Source of the DNA: Tubulanus polymorphus
Taxonomy: Eukaryota; Animalia; Nemertea
Reading direction: 5' to 3'
Assembly (NCBI RefSeq): GCF_964204645.1
Contig: NC_134036.1
Span: forward strand, 1,178,001-1,242,000
Length of the DNA: 64,000 nucleotides
The notes beneath the pieces were generated by a model, which saw only the letters and a list, made by a program, of their open reading frames with translations, was not told where the DNA came from and did no database searches. The first letter of the stretch is position 1; each line of letters begins with the position of its first letter. This document shows positions 51,436 through 64,000 of this stretch, piece by piece. Made by a program: the position numbers and the translations under genes.

Positions 51436-52974
51436 ATACCGCACATACACATCCCCAGGCCTAATCTAAACCCTTTCAAACCATCCTTTATCAGTGGTCA
51501 GTGCGACATATGTGCACTTTCAGTGTCATATATTCATTTCATTTCTTGTTCTATGTTAAATTTTGAGAGTATTAATTTTCAACACCTGGATGTCCAGGTC
51601 GGGCGTACTTTGAACAATGCCACCATGTTTATGTACATATGCAATGTACATATACTTGTGAATGAAGTGTACATGTACATAATATTAAAAATGTCTACAC
51701 ATTTTATCCTTTATTTATCACCTGCATGGGTGTATAGGCATTTACAAATTTTTTTTTTTGAAATTATATTAATACACTTTATTTTTGTGAATCTGGGCAG
51801 CTTGTCTAGCGCCAATGCGCCATCTGGTGGAATTTAGGTTTGTGTTCATCGGAAAAAGCACTTATTAGAACACATTGTATCTTGGTAAAAAGAACACACT
51901 ATAATCTGAATAAAGTAGAATCTGCTGAATTACAAGCTACACGTGGATCCAACAGGTCTCCGATAGTGATAAAAATCATATATAGTGATGAAACTAACCA
52001 TCGTCTGCCAGAAAAACACTGCGCGCTTGACCCCTGCCCCCATCTGCTTAAATCTCTGGATCCATCGATGCACAATTTCTTGGGGCCAAACCTTTCGCCA
52101 GAGACATTTGATATTCTGACCACTTAGCAATTTGAATTTATCGAATATTTAGTCCTACTACAATACGACCAAAATTTTCAGTGTGAAATAAGCATTTTAT
52201 AATTCTCGATGACTATTTGGGTAAAAAGCCGATTCTGCTAGTGCAAGTGTGTGTGTAAAGCCTATACTATTTTATGACTCGATCCTTCGTATGATATTTG
52301 TTTTAATTTATAAAATCCCTGCACCGGCTCCAGTCTCATGAAATAGTTAGACTCAAATTTTCGAATTGATCGCTATTGCAGTGTTTTCAAAATCGACAAA
52401 AATTAAAATTTAGCCATTTTAAGCTTTAATATAAGCGGGAAATTTATTTTCTTACTTTTTCATGACATTTAAACTTAATTAGGCTACACTTTAATTAAAA
52501 AGCATGTTTATGATAGGAATTCTTGATTTATATATTCAAATTATTTTATCAGTTTAGAAATATGTTTGAAAGCATGTTTTAGCTTGCATGAATTTTTTTG
52601 CTTTTGATTCGAAATTGTGAAATAAATCTAAAATGCATGTAATCGATTTGTGTCGAATTTTGTGAACATTTTGTTAGAAAAAAAGAAGAAATCATTGGTT
52701 TGAATTGAAATAAAATTTAGGAATCGACAATGACGACACGTACGCCGCCTATTGGTCGAGACGAGCAACCGGGCAAGCAAGCTAGAAAGAAAGAAAGAAA
52801 GAAAGAAACGACCTGTTGCTGTAAGGTACAGTGGAATTTTGATTCATCCAGCGTACTAAATATGCGTGCACTTTTCAACGGTTTTTTATAGAGCATATTT
52901 TTTATAGGTCAGATTTTAACCGGATAAAACAAACAAACAAAAAGTAAAGAAGACACTCAAAACAAAACAAAATT

Positions 52975-53100
52975 CGAAACAAATAATCCTTAATAATATT
53001 TCCACAAATGACTGTAATATTTCACAAATAATCCTTTGTAATATTTCCACAAATGACTGTAATATTTCACAAATAATCCTTTGTAATATCTCCACAAATG
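52975..53100. repeat. 45-bp tandem repeat, about 2.7 copies
   Basis: Unit aaataatcctttgtaatatttccacaaatgactgtaatatttcac. Confidence 0.85.
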
Positions 53101-55561
53101 ACCGATATTTCTGTGATGTTTCAACGTTTCTATTTGTTTTCAAGGCAGTTTTGTTTGAAGGAGGGAAGGTATGTCTGATCTCTAGGGTTTTATTGTTCTC
53201 CAAATTAAGCATTTTGTTCAACAGAAAATCATATTGTATTTTCACTAAGTAGGCCTCCTATTTGTCAACCAATAGAATTGTTAGAATTTTCCTACGATAG
53301 GCCTACGCTCTGTTTTGGGGGAAGTAGCTGTTGCTATGATACATTATTGTTGAGCGAAATTTCAATTTTGCTCAATATTTACGTATCATAGCAACAGCTA
53401 CTTCCTACAAAACAGAATGTATCATGGGAGTTCTAGGCCTATATATGGTCACACTAGGTATATAGTGTTAAAGGCCTGTACACTTAAGCCTTAGGCCTAA
53501 ATAACCCTAGACCATAGATTATAAATTTCTCTAGTTCAAATTTCTTTATATCCTGTCTTGAAAATTGCGTTCTGAAATGTAAACTAGGCCTATCACACCC
53601 ACATGCAATCATTGCCAGTGAATGTGGTTTTTTTTTTCTTCAAAATTGGTCATGGTGGTAGTTTTACTTCTGCTGTCGGTTTGATTTACCCTCAATTTGT
53701 CATCATTTTATTAGGACATAATTTTCGCACAATTTTCACAATCTTGGTTTTACTGGATTGTAAAAAGCTTCCTGGAATATTTTACCCGATCTTCAAGACG
53801 AGATGTCCGCGATAAAATGAAAAAAAAATATGAAATGAAAGACAAGTTTTTGTGAAACACGCTGCGCGAATAACACGGTATGGTCGGTTTATCAGGAAAT
53901 GTGTGTTTTCTACTCAAAAGGCATAAATAAAACTGACTGATGAAAAGTTACACTAAACGTGATGGAAATCAACAGACGATATCGGAATGCGCGAATTGTA
54001 AAACCAGCGATTTGACCCGTGCGATCACATCTTTTTGACTTCGTGATTTTTATTGGCCTCCCTCTCCTAATCCCGGACCCTCTAAACGCCCGCCCCCTTA
54101 AACTCCCCTACACACCCGGCAGCCTCTTTAAACCCCCTCAATATCTAACCCCTCAAAGCATTTGACTCCTTTTAACCCCTATTAAACCCCTTTCAGTCCC
54201 TCGCCAACCTCCCTACCCTCACGGCCTCTCTCAACCACTCCTGGTCTCTCAACCTCCCCGGCCTCTCTCTACCCCTCTCGGCCTTTCTCTACCCCTGCCC
54301 GGCCTCTCTCAACCCCCTGGCCTCTCATACTCCTCATGGCCTCTCTAAACACTTTCGGTTGTTATACCTTGGAGTAATCATTGAATTGATACTCCAAGGT
54401 TATACACTTCAAGGCAGTTTGCTTGCAGGTCACTTGTGACCAACATCTCTCAGTTCAATGATTGGTTGTGGTACCCACACTATCGCAGCCTCCTGAGGTT
54501 TTGGATTTCTGTTTGCTCTTTGTTGACGAAGGTTTTGTTCTGCCAGAGAAACTGGTTCTATAGACCAGTTTTAACTTAAATCAACTTATTTCATATAGGC
54601 CTTATCGACGGAGTGAATATATCTGAGTTAAGTTAAAACACGTCTATAAACCTGGCCTCTTGTAGAACTCCATATACAGGAATATCACGCACCTTATGTC
54701 AGTGACGCGTGCGCCATCTATACGCGTACGCATTGCACTTGTATCTCATATCACCATATATGTTTACACCATCTAATCGATAAACACAAACTAATACATT
54801 ATAACCATTTCACTAACGGGACAACAATGGGAATCGATAATTTTTAAAATCGGTTACCGAGACAACAAAACGAACTAATTTTTGTACAGACAATAATAAC
54901 AGAATATATATTTTATAGTTTTATTTCGTACGATTGTAAAATAATATATTCTATTTCTCGTTGGTTCCAAAAATTATAATAACATTCAATTCAATAATTT
55001 ACAACAAAATGTTAAATCATATCCCTATTCTGACCATAGAGCGTAATAGATGCTGAAATACTGAAAATATTCGGGATTTTATAAAATTCAAATACTTCTT
55101 GAGAGACGAAACCGTCTTTTGAAAACCGTTTAATTTGAAATTCAAAATCTTATAAGCCGAGTTCAGTCAGTAATGGCGGTGAATATCCGCCGGGTAACCA
55201 GCCGCCATTTTCTATCTAGCTTTAGTTGTAGATAATCCGTTGCTAGTATTTCCGTTGAAGGCTTTATCGTTGTTGTAACTTTTTCGTTTAAGTTAAGATT
55301 CAACTTCCTTTTCGGGTTGAAAGAACTTTTCATACTATCGATATCGTTGAATAAGAATCCGATGTGATATCTGAACCGATTATTATCACTTTTCTCTTGT
55401 GTGCGCGGTGTAATGTTGTGGTAACACGACGCGTGCGCTGTAGTTACTTTATCGCCGTGTTCCTTTCAATTTGGGAAAAACTTAATAATTAGTTTCGTAA
55501 ATCGTTCGGTCGACGAGGAGTTAGTTTCTGATCGAATCGACGCTAGATGGCGCGCGCGTGT

Positions 55562-56796
55562 CTATCGGTAGGGATTACGGCACACTGCTATGTTATATTG
55601 ACGGTCGCAGACGTGTCGTTTACTGCAACAATCGTCGTCGTTACGGCACACGAAACCGTGCGGTGCGCAGCAACGTTTCGTCGCTAGGTTACAGCGATTC
55701 GGTTCGCACTTCCAGTGAGACGAACACATCGTTCCCAGGCGGCGCCACTGGTCGTTCATTATTTTATCGAGCCTGAAAAAATAGAGAAACCACTTTGTGA
55801 GTAACCTAGGCTTAAGTATGGCTTAGTCACTTGATCTAACGGGTTTACTTGAACCTAACTCGGTACCAAAGACCCTTCGTATCGTAGGGAAAAAGAACCT
55901 TTACGCCTTACCTTTCAGAACCTCTGCGTTTGGTTGGTTCTTTTTCGTCCCTGGAAAAATTACACATTTTACACAATACACGTAGACAACACGGGTACAA
56001 CAGCGGATAGATTTATAATTCATAATTTTGTAAAATGAAAAATATGAATTATTTTGTGTGTGGTAGGATGTGTAGGGAGATATGGTGTATTAAAATTACA
56101 AGTAGTTGCATAATAGGGCGTGAGATAGAAAATGGATTTGAAATTTGAAAGATAAGAATTTTCTATCGATTGACGAAAATCGGCTATTATTGTTGAGTGA
56201 ATTACGGCAAAAGAGGAGCGAAAGTGAAGGGAGAAGGTTTGAACATTTGAATGGAAACAATTTTCGTGTGGGTGGAGACAAAAACGGTTATTATTGTTGC
56301 GTAAATTACCAATGTTTATAGCCTCGTTTTTCTTGTAGCCGTCCCGTTTGAATTGCATCATCCTCGTCGTCTGAAAGATAAAATGTCAGGATGCATTGTA
56401 TGACGTCACGAAAAAGGGAATTTTATGACGAACATATTACGTGTTTTTGCAAATAAATTGACTATTTTAATAAAAAAGCTACAAAGCTCAGTATTAACGG
56501 GTCTTCGGCTGTGCACCATTTTAAATAAATGGAAATACGTAACGTTTTTTTGGGGATTCGAACCCGATTTGACGGTCTAGTAAATATAGCCGCAAGGTAG
56601 CGATAACCGATTTTAGGCACAGCAACTCAATCCATTCAAAATAAGCGTGAAAACGTGACAGTCTCTGGGATTCGAACCTGACGCGACGATTTAGTAAACA
56701 GTTACCTTCGAAAACGTATCGTTTATTCGCGAAAACAGTGAGAATAATTCCTAATAAGACCACCAGGTAGAGCACGAAGTATCTTGTCGCTTTCAT
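55562..56796 (-). CDS. Secreted pre-pro-peptide with a C-terminal 10-Cys knottin (toxin-like), 133 aa, 4 coding exons
   Basis: Exons 56796-56706, 56370-56310, 55950-55912 and 55772-55562 (phases 1,2,2; 402 nt; all GT-AG) give MKATRYFVLYLVVLLGIILTVFANKRYVFEDDEDDAIQTGRLQEKRGYKHWDEKEPTKRRGSERLDKIMNDQWRRLGTMCSSHWKCEPNRCNLATKRCCAPHGFVCRNDDDCCSKRHVCDRQYNIAVCRNPYR*. Confidence 0.88.
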
Positions 56797-57853
56797 TGTT
56801 TCGCTAGTGTCGGAGCAGTCGCAATATCTGAAATGATAGAAATGAAAGGAATTTGAGAATAGTTTTTCGAAAAGTTCACCAATAAAGTAGAAAATCGATA
56901 ATGATAATGCTAGTAATGATAACGATAACATTAACAGTCATAAGAATAATAATTCTTATTTTTAATAATTTTTCTTAAGAATTGTTTCGTTCATAATTAA
57001 CGACGTTAGCACGTTAGGTATGGACTTTGCACCGTAGTCTCATTGTGGATCAATATGGCTGAACGGTATTTCATAAGAAGATTAGTTTCCGAGTAAGTGA
57101 ACCGTCAGATAAATTACATATCTTGGATACCTCACTCTTTGATATAATCACCCTTAACCAGGTCACAACAGAGATATCTAAAGGGTCACTTAGTAATCCA
57201 AGCTATAATTCGGTGATGAATGATAAATTCAGGTGACTCCTATCGCGTTAGGAATCCATAGGGGATCCATCAGGAATGAGCTAATTAATCTATAACTAAT
57301 TAACGCCCTGGAACCCCATAGATCCAATTATACCAATATAAATATATCGAGAGATTCCTTCCAATCTCTCTAAGAGTGAACCTGCGCACTGATTTATGGA
57401 CATCATTATGTAATTGTCTTTCACCCACCCTGATTTCTGGACATCTATATCTATATATAGCCTAATTTATTGTCCTTCGTCCTCCACGCCTTTACGCAGT
57501 CCCTTAAGGGATACCTCTAAGTGTAGACTGCCCACGAGGTCCCAACAGTCATACTAATTCCTTGCTCTAACGATTGAAATATTCCAAGTGTGACCCCTAC
57601 GGGAATATTAATAACAGATATTTGGCCAGTGCAGATTTCTGTACCAATTAAAATACACGTTTTAGAGTTTGACTAGACTCGAAAGAAGAGAGGATGAGAG
57701 AAGGAGAGAGGGAGAGGCACTGCTAAAATTCGGTTCAAGAATATCCAGGAGCAAGGATAAATTGTATGGGGTTTGGGATAATGTGTTAGGAAATAATATC
57801 TTACGACGATTTATGGAAATCGAAAAAGAATCTACTGAGAAAGCAAAAAGTCT

Positions 57854-57926
57854 TGGAGAACCCGGGCATCGATCCCGGTACCTCTCGCATGCTAAGCGAG
57901 CGCTCTACCATCTGAGCTAGTTCCCC
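57854..57926 (-). tRNA. tRNA-Ala(AGC)
   Basis: Intact 73-nt cloverleaf GGGGAACTAGCTCAGATGGTAGAGCGCTCGCTTAGCATGCGAGAGGTACCGGGATCGATGCCCGGGTTCTCCA followed by a TTTTT terminator. Confidence 0.97.
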
Positions 57927-58944
57927 TTCGATGTTTTGACGATGTGTGTCACGGAATTGACCTGACTATGACCTGTGTCCATGTTGGTCACTACTCAGGT
58001 GACCCAAAGATAAAGTACTCATTTTGTTACTGATAAAGTTGACGTTTTAGATATAGTCATAGATAGATTTCTTAACTCAAATCTGTTCGTTAGGACATAA
58101 AGTGCTCTAACAAAATAAATAAAATGGGTTGATAGATTTATTAGTGAGGCTACTTTCTCGTCGTGAACACAGAGCAATTTATATAAACCATCGTAGATAA
58201 GGATTAATTGGCTCGGATCAGGCTCGAGCCAAATTTGGCCCGTGCCTAATTAGAGAGTGCGTTCACACGCAAACCACTCACTCGATACTAAACAGTGCTC
58301 AAACAAAGCGATGTGGGTCATTTTCGCTAACATTTGGTGCTAACATTTGGCTCGGGCGTGGTCCGATGTTTTTGGTCGGCGGGCTTAGTTTGTATTTGGA
58401 TCCACGTTGTTTAAACCCGGCAATAGAATAACCCATGTTTGTATTTGGTTCCACACGGTTTTGTATTTAGTAGATTTCTATTGAAAGACGAATTGCTGCT
58501 CAAAGATACTTTCATTCAAGAACGTTCAATCTTTCGCCGAAAAATTATTGTGGGACTTCTATTCTATCGTATCTACCATACACACATATATATATCTTAT
58601 TTAATAGTAAATATACGCAGCACTTAACATTATCATTATTATAATTTTTACGACTTAGTGATTAGGGGCCGATTATGAACAGTATTCCCACTCTCCCAAT
58701 CACTCACTGATATAGATGGCTATCAGGCTATGTACTAATGGAGCCTAATCGTTCATATTTCATCAATTGTTGTCAAATAAATCATCGTTTGAACTTTCTG
58801 TGAAATGTAGCGATAATGTACAACACGAATCTGTATATGTTGATAATTGATGTACGTTTGACGCCGAGGGATCGGACAGTACTATATATAACGGCTATAA
58901 ACCCTATACGAGAGATCGCTGCACCTTATAATCAACCAGATAAT

Positions 58945-59350
58945 CTAGCTCATCGGGACAGGTTTTAGTTTCATTGGGCCCAACATAGGTTCCTTCGGGC
59001 AAACTCGTATCGGCAAAGTCTTATTGGCGTCGAACTCTTGTAGGGCAAAGTCTAGTAGCTCATTTGGGCAGGTTATTGTCTCATTGGGGCCAAACATTGG
59101 CTCCTTCCGAGCAAACTCGTATCGGCAAAGTCTTATTGGTGTCGAACTCTTGTAGGGCAAAGTCTAGTAGCTCATTTGGGCAGGTTATTGTCTCATTGGG
59201 GCCAAACATTGGCTCCTACGGGCAAACTCTAGCCCATATCGGGAGAGGTCTTATTGGCGTCCATTTTGGTCCCTTCTCCTTTGGGCAAACTTTAGCTCCT
59301 TAGGGCAGGTTACAGTCTCATTGGGGCCCAGTTTTGGCTCCTTGGACGTA
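58945..59350. repeat. 112-bp tandem repeat, about 3.5 copies
   Basis: agctcatttgggcaggttattgtctcattggggcc recurs at 59057 and 59169. A partial copy lies at about 59935-59980. Confidence 0.85.
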
Positions 59351-59683
59351 ACGGCATCAGTTCTATGCTACGGCTATAAGCTTATATACCGATGAAGTGG
59401 CTGTCGGTGGTGATGGTGGGTATCGCGGAAAGGGAAACGATCCGTTAGTAGAAGTAATTTCTGTTTTATTGCCATTTGGTCATCAATTCATTAATTGGAA
59501 AGAGAGAGGGAGAGATTGAATGAGGGAGAGGATTGGAGAGAGGGTCATTTGTGTGTTTATACTAGTAATCCGTATACACACAGTTTAATACTGCGGAACT
59601 TGGATTTATCAGTTAATATCAGTCGAGCTAGTTCACCTGCTAGGACAGCAGGTAGACTCTTTTTTGACAAAAATATTATTCTA

Positions 59684-59756
59684 TGGAGGACCCGGGCATC
59701 GATCCCGGTACCTCTCGCATGCAAAGCGAGCGCTCTACTATCTGAGCTAGTTCCCA
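59684..59756 (-). pseudogene. tRNA-Ala(TGC), probably a pseudogene
   Basis: Full length but carries G1>T, D-loop GG>AG and a second acceptor-stem mismatch. Confidence 0.75.
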
Positions 59757-59828
59757 TATCATGAAACATAGGGTTAGTCTCATGGTCGTCCGTCCTCACA
59801 AATGTCGGGGTTTGACCAAAAAGGTGTA

Positions 59829-59901
59829 TGGAGAACCCGGGCATCGATCCCGGTACCTCTCGCATGCTAAGCGAGCGCTCTACCATCTGAGCTAGTTCCC
59901 C
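59829..59901 (-). tRNA. tRNA-Ala(AGC)
   Basis: Identical to the 57854-57926 copy, followed by a T-run terminator. Confidence 0.97.
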
Positions 59902-60819
59902 TGACTATCCAGGTTTGCTTTGGCCTCCATATTACCAGGTTATAGTCTCATTGGGGCCCAGTTTTGGCTCCTTGGACGTAAGTGATCACACTTTCCTGAT
60001 ATAACTATGTGGCCATTATTTTAATGATAAGTTTTTTGGTGACCCCAAGTGAATTAAGATACTTTACTCGTTTATTTCATGCAGCCCAGAACCACCCGTA
60101 GACAGTGAAGTGAACTGATAAAATATCTAATATCTGGTGTTTGTTGTACATTTTCAATAAAAAATGTCTCAGGTGAAGCGCTGAACACATGTGAAGTGTG
60201 GACGATCAGTTTTTGAAACTGTGCCGATAAAATGTCCAATGTCTGGTGTTTGTAGTTCATTTGCAATTGACCAGTGACGATTAAAAATTGGAATCTAATA
60301 AAAAGAAGTCTAAACCTTTCCCATGAGTTTTCTGGTGACAATGAAATTTCTTCTTTTTGTTCTAGTCACGATATTTTCATAGTCAGAAATTTAGTTGTTT
60401 TTTCGCCTAATAATTTTCCATTTCAGTTGCGTGACGAGACAAAAGCCATTAAGAGGCTGCCTTTGATGATGGCTGGGATTATTAATTCATTTTATTTCTG
60501 CTGTTGAGTCGTTGGCAGACGACACGGAGGGAAGGGGGTGGAAGCTGACAAGAGTTTTACAAATGAGCTACTTCAATCGATAACAAAAAACATTTTATAT
60601 ATTTCCTTCAGCCTGATCTGTATTTGTCACCGATAATATACTGCGCATGCGTGTTGTATGGCCGTTTTATAACGGTAAAAACCTAATTAATCAATCGATA
60701 ATTTTTTATGATAAAAAATATTGTTTTTTTCTAACAGTCTATCTGTTTGGCCAACTTGAGGTGGTGAATATTAGTTCAAGGAAGGTCTTGGATGCTTTGT
60801 GGTCCAAGATTGAATTCCT

Positions 60820-61090
60820 AATTGCGTATTGCCAATGGAGTTCTTACTAGTTTGTCTTGGGTAGTCTAGTTCCAAAAACCGACATTGCCAATAGAATTTG
60901 TTAGGTTGCCTTTGGCAGCCAAATGATGTAGTTCCAAAAATGGACATCGCCAATACATTAGATTGTCTTTGGCAGCCAATTTGGTGTACTTCCAAAAATG
61001 AGTATTGCAATGGAATTCGATAAAGGTGTCTTGATCAGCCAAATGGTGTAGTTCCAAAAGTGAACATTGCCAATAGAATCCATGCTCGTA
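60820..61090. repeat. Diverged ~60-bp tandem repeat
   Basis: Recurring tagttccaaaa..gacattgccaatag..tgtcttt/ggcagccaa. Confidence 0.7.
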
Positions 61091-62939
61091 GGGTTGTCCT
61101 GGGAAGGTAAATAGTCAAATAGCTGAACATCTCTTCTGTGGAACCCGTTTTCCCCAAGTTCCTAGGAATGTTATGTTTTATAGCATCAGACACTTTGGTG
61201 CCATTCCCAATAGAACATCACAACTTTCATAACTTTATATATGTATGAAGATATTACTTTTCATCTACATATAAAAATTGATGATGGATATTTATAATGA
61301 TATTTAGAGTGATATTTAAAGTGATATTTGGAGTGATAGATTGAGATAGATATTTGGAGTGATATTTGGAGTGATAGATGGGGATAGATATTTGTAGTGA
61401 TAGATCGTGTCTGTTTTGTTATTGGTAAATTAAATTTCTGTTCCCACGCGACGACGCTCGTTGCTCGTAACTGTTACGTCGTGTCCCCCGGTAACGTCTA
61501 CGCTAATCAGAATAATACACGTTTCGGCTGCTGCCTTTTTATCTCTTCCCCGAAACGTATTTTTTGAGTTGATTCCATTATTTTTAGCAAGCGTTGCTTT
61601 TTATTGTTTTAGGAATTGTTTTAGCTCTGATACACCGCTGTATGACGCCTGATGACTTTGACGAAGTTATTGTTGTAACCGGTAGTATTGTAACCGACTT
61701 TGATGAAGTTATTTTTGTAAGCCTTCGGCATTTTTGGGATGAAAGCGCGGGGTCAATTAGTTTAGTTAATATCGTTATTTTGATCCGGACAGAGAATAAT
61801 AAAGGGAGTGGTCGAATATATGCTTTCCTGAAATATGAAGTTATAGATAATGAAAAGTCGTCAGTTATCAGTAACTTCGTCAATTACTGATGATGGTTTT
61901 TTTTCTGATGCGGACTGGAAAGTGGTCGTCGACACTCCTCGTGAAAGGAGGGAGTGTCCAAGTCTTCATGAAATATGAAGTTGTTTTGAAAATGTCGTTA
62001 TTATTAGTAAATGATCGCAATTTTACTGAATCGACGAGCTTATTCTTCTGGCATATAGAATGTAGCTTCATCAAATGAGTGAACAGGTTGTACTTCTAGT
62101 ACTGTTAGGAGGTCAACTGATATTATTAGAAATTATGAGTTTTCGGTACTGGTACTAACTTCATTAGGTAAATGGATACAGTCAATGTAGAAATAAAAGT
62201 ATCTATAGAGGAGCCAGGAGTTGATACGCAGCGGGAGCCGAGTAATTACAAATAAATTATTAGTGATTAGGTAGAGATGAAATTTCTAATTATTTATAGG
62301 GATAGTGACTCTGGCTGAACATTATATATATTTTATATATATTTCAAATTATCCTCAAAGGGTCTTATAGTGACTATGGTTATTATATATATTGTATCTA
62401 TAAAACTCTATAAAAGTGTGGAAAGCGTAATGAAGTCGTCATTTTCGAAATTTAACGTCACTCAACGTTTTAAACGCCAACGCTCAACGTCTTCCCTCCC
62501 GTAAAATACCCCATCGATAAAACCCTCCCAGGTGTTTGCGTTTGATTCTCTTTGTTTTAATCCGCGGGTAACTAATCCACCTCGCCCGGGGGCTACTACG
62601 ATGTTAAATGATGAAGGGATTTATCAGGGAGTAGAAATTAATCCAGGATTGCGGTTTCGGTTAAGCCAGTTGGTGGCGATATAATGCCAGTCCTTACCAA
62701 CGTTCAACAAGCATTTTGATCAATAATTCGGCTACGTTTCATTGTTGCAACGCTGTATACTGTTGCAACCGGCAGTATTGTTGACGAAAACACGGAAGAC
62801 ATTAGGGGATTTATGAAGGCGGTCATCTTTTTCTGGCAGTATCTATGTATCACTGTATCAATTAAATCTGATGACGTCAGAGAGGGATCTATAAGGACGA
62901 GATTTTTATAGGAAGTATCTATAATACGATGATAATAGT

Positions 62940-63400
62940 AATGATATTTATTTACAGTCCATTACATAAAACATCTCCAACAGATTTTACAAATTCACAA
63001 AACATAAGACAATTGACAGATATATAAAATATTACTCAATTAAATAGAATTCAAACAGTTGCATCAGATAAAAATCATTTGTAGCGCTCATTGAATAGGT
63101 GAGTTTTCAATTGCGAACTAATAAGGGACGATAAGACTGTGGCAAAGCATTCTTAAGATAAAGATCATTTATTTTCCATTTTTTCAAGTTTTCAATTGCG
63201 AAATAAAACTTAAGGGAAGATAGATCGAGCATCGACTGTGGCAAAGCATTCCAAAGGCGGAGAGCTACCACCGCAAAAGCTCGAGAGCCATAAAACTCTT
63301 GGTGGTATCTTGGTTCAAATAATTTAGTTGCCACAGTCAAACGCGTGCGTCTGGAAGGTGTACGAGTAGTTAAATGTGTATCTATCTATACTCGGGAGAG
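62940..63400 (-). mobile_element. CR1/L2-type LINE 3' fragment
   Basis: ORF 63107-63340 has YGSRAFAV..LRLWNALPQS...SSLK, the typical C-terminal motif of this group, with a short internal duplication. Confidence 0.7.
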
Positions 63401-63442
63401 CCTTATCAGTTTTATCCAAGTATAGGATTTATAAAGACAGCC

Positions 63443-63666
63443 TTAAGCTAAACAAAAATGATAACTTGTTTTTCCGCAGCGGCCGGGTCATTTTTGTGAA
63501 ATATGATAAAATTTGTAAACAATTCATTTCTATAGCGACCGGGTCTGTTATGGTAAAATTGATCACGATTCCAAAAAAGTATAATGTACAGGGTAGATAG
63601 GCGGCCTGTCGGGTCAACTTTTAAACTCAGCAGAAATTAGAGACGAGGTATCAATTTTTTGCCTTA
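63443..63666. mobile_element. MITE, family D copy
   Basis: Reverse-complement match to 47409-47634. Confidence 0.7.
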
Positions 63667-64000
63667 TTTTCCAAAACTCGTCGGTTCGCTATGTTGCAAT
63701 ATGATATGATAGTGATTCCTGCTCTCTGGTTTATGAATTACGTCGTGTATCGATTCAATAATTGAGTATATAATTAGATAATGTGTTTTGTTGTGCAAAC
63801 AAACGCTGTAACCACGGGTATAATAGTGATTGTTGTAGTGAAGCACATCTCGAAAATGAGATTAAATCCACAAAACATTGTGTCGGAACTGAGTCAACAG
63901 TTAAATTATAGGCCGTAACTATGTGGATAGGGCCGGGGTAAGATTAATAGACCCGTAAAAAGGCCATAACTATAATGTGAATAGGGCCGGGGTAAGATTA

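Noticed and set aside
52730-52825. Possible coding exon MTTRTPPIGRDEQPGKQARKKERKKETTCCCK
   Set aside because: Partly a (GAAA)n microsatellite, and no compatible downstream exon was found on the plus strand.

Overview
AT-rich, intron-containing animal genomic DNA, most likely from a marine invertebrate (inference; the taxon cannot be proven from this window). I assembled five protein-coding genes by hand from splice sites and reading-frame phase. (1) A GPI-anchored Ly6/uPAR (quiver-like) gene, minus strand, 6360-8237. (2) A secreted protein made of four tandem inhibitor-cystine-knot (ICK) domains, minus, 18864-19313. (3) A ZAD + 19 zinc-finger protein, plus, 22952-28919. (4) Spermine synthase, minus, 34045-44580, 11 exon positions, 378 aa. 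(5) A 4-exon pre-pro-peptide ending in a 10-Cys knottin, minus, 55562-56796. There are also five tRNA-Ala copies, LINE/Gypsy/Penelope relics, several MITE families and many minisatellites. The main finding is in spermine synthase: three homologous 65-nt, phase 0-to-2 versions of exon 4 (39887-39951, 39266-39330, 38034-38098), so only one-at-a-time inclusion keeps the frame. This mutually exclusive exon cassette would swap a helix of the N-terminal dimerisation domain, and it is flanked by Nova-like (UCAU)n and Rbfox-like GCAUG elements. The same gene has two intronic tandem arrays amplified from its own exon/5' splice-site junctions. The two toxin-like knottin genes are the other highlights. 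All gene models are sequence-only predictions and need RNA-seq confirmation.
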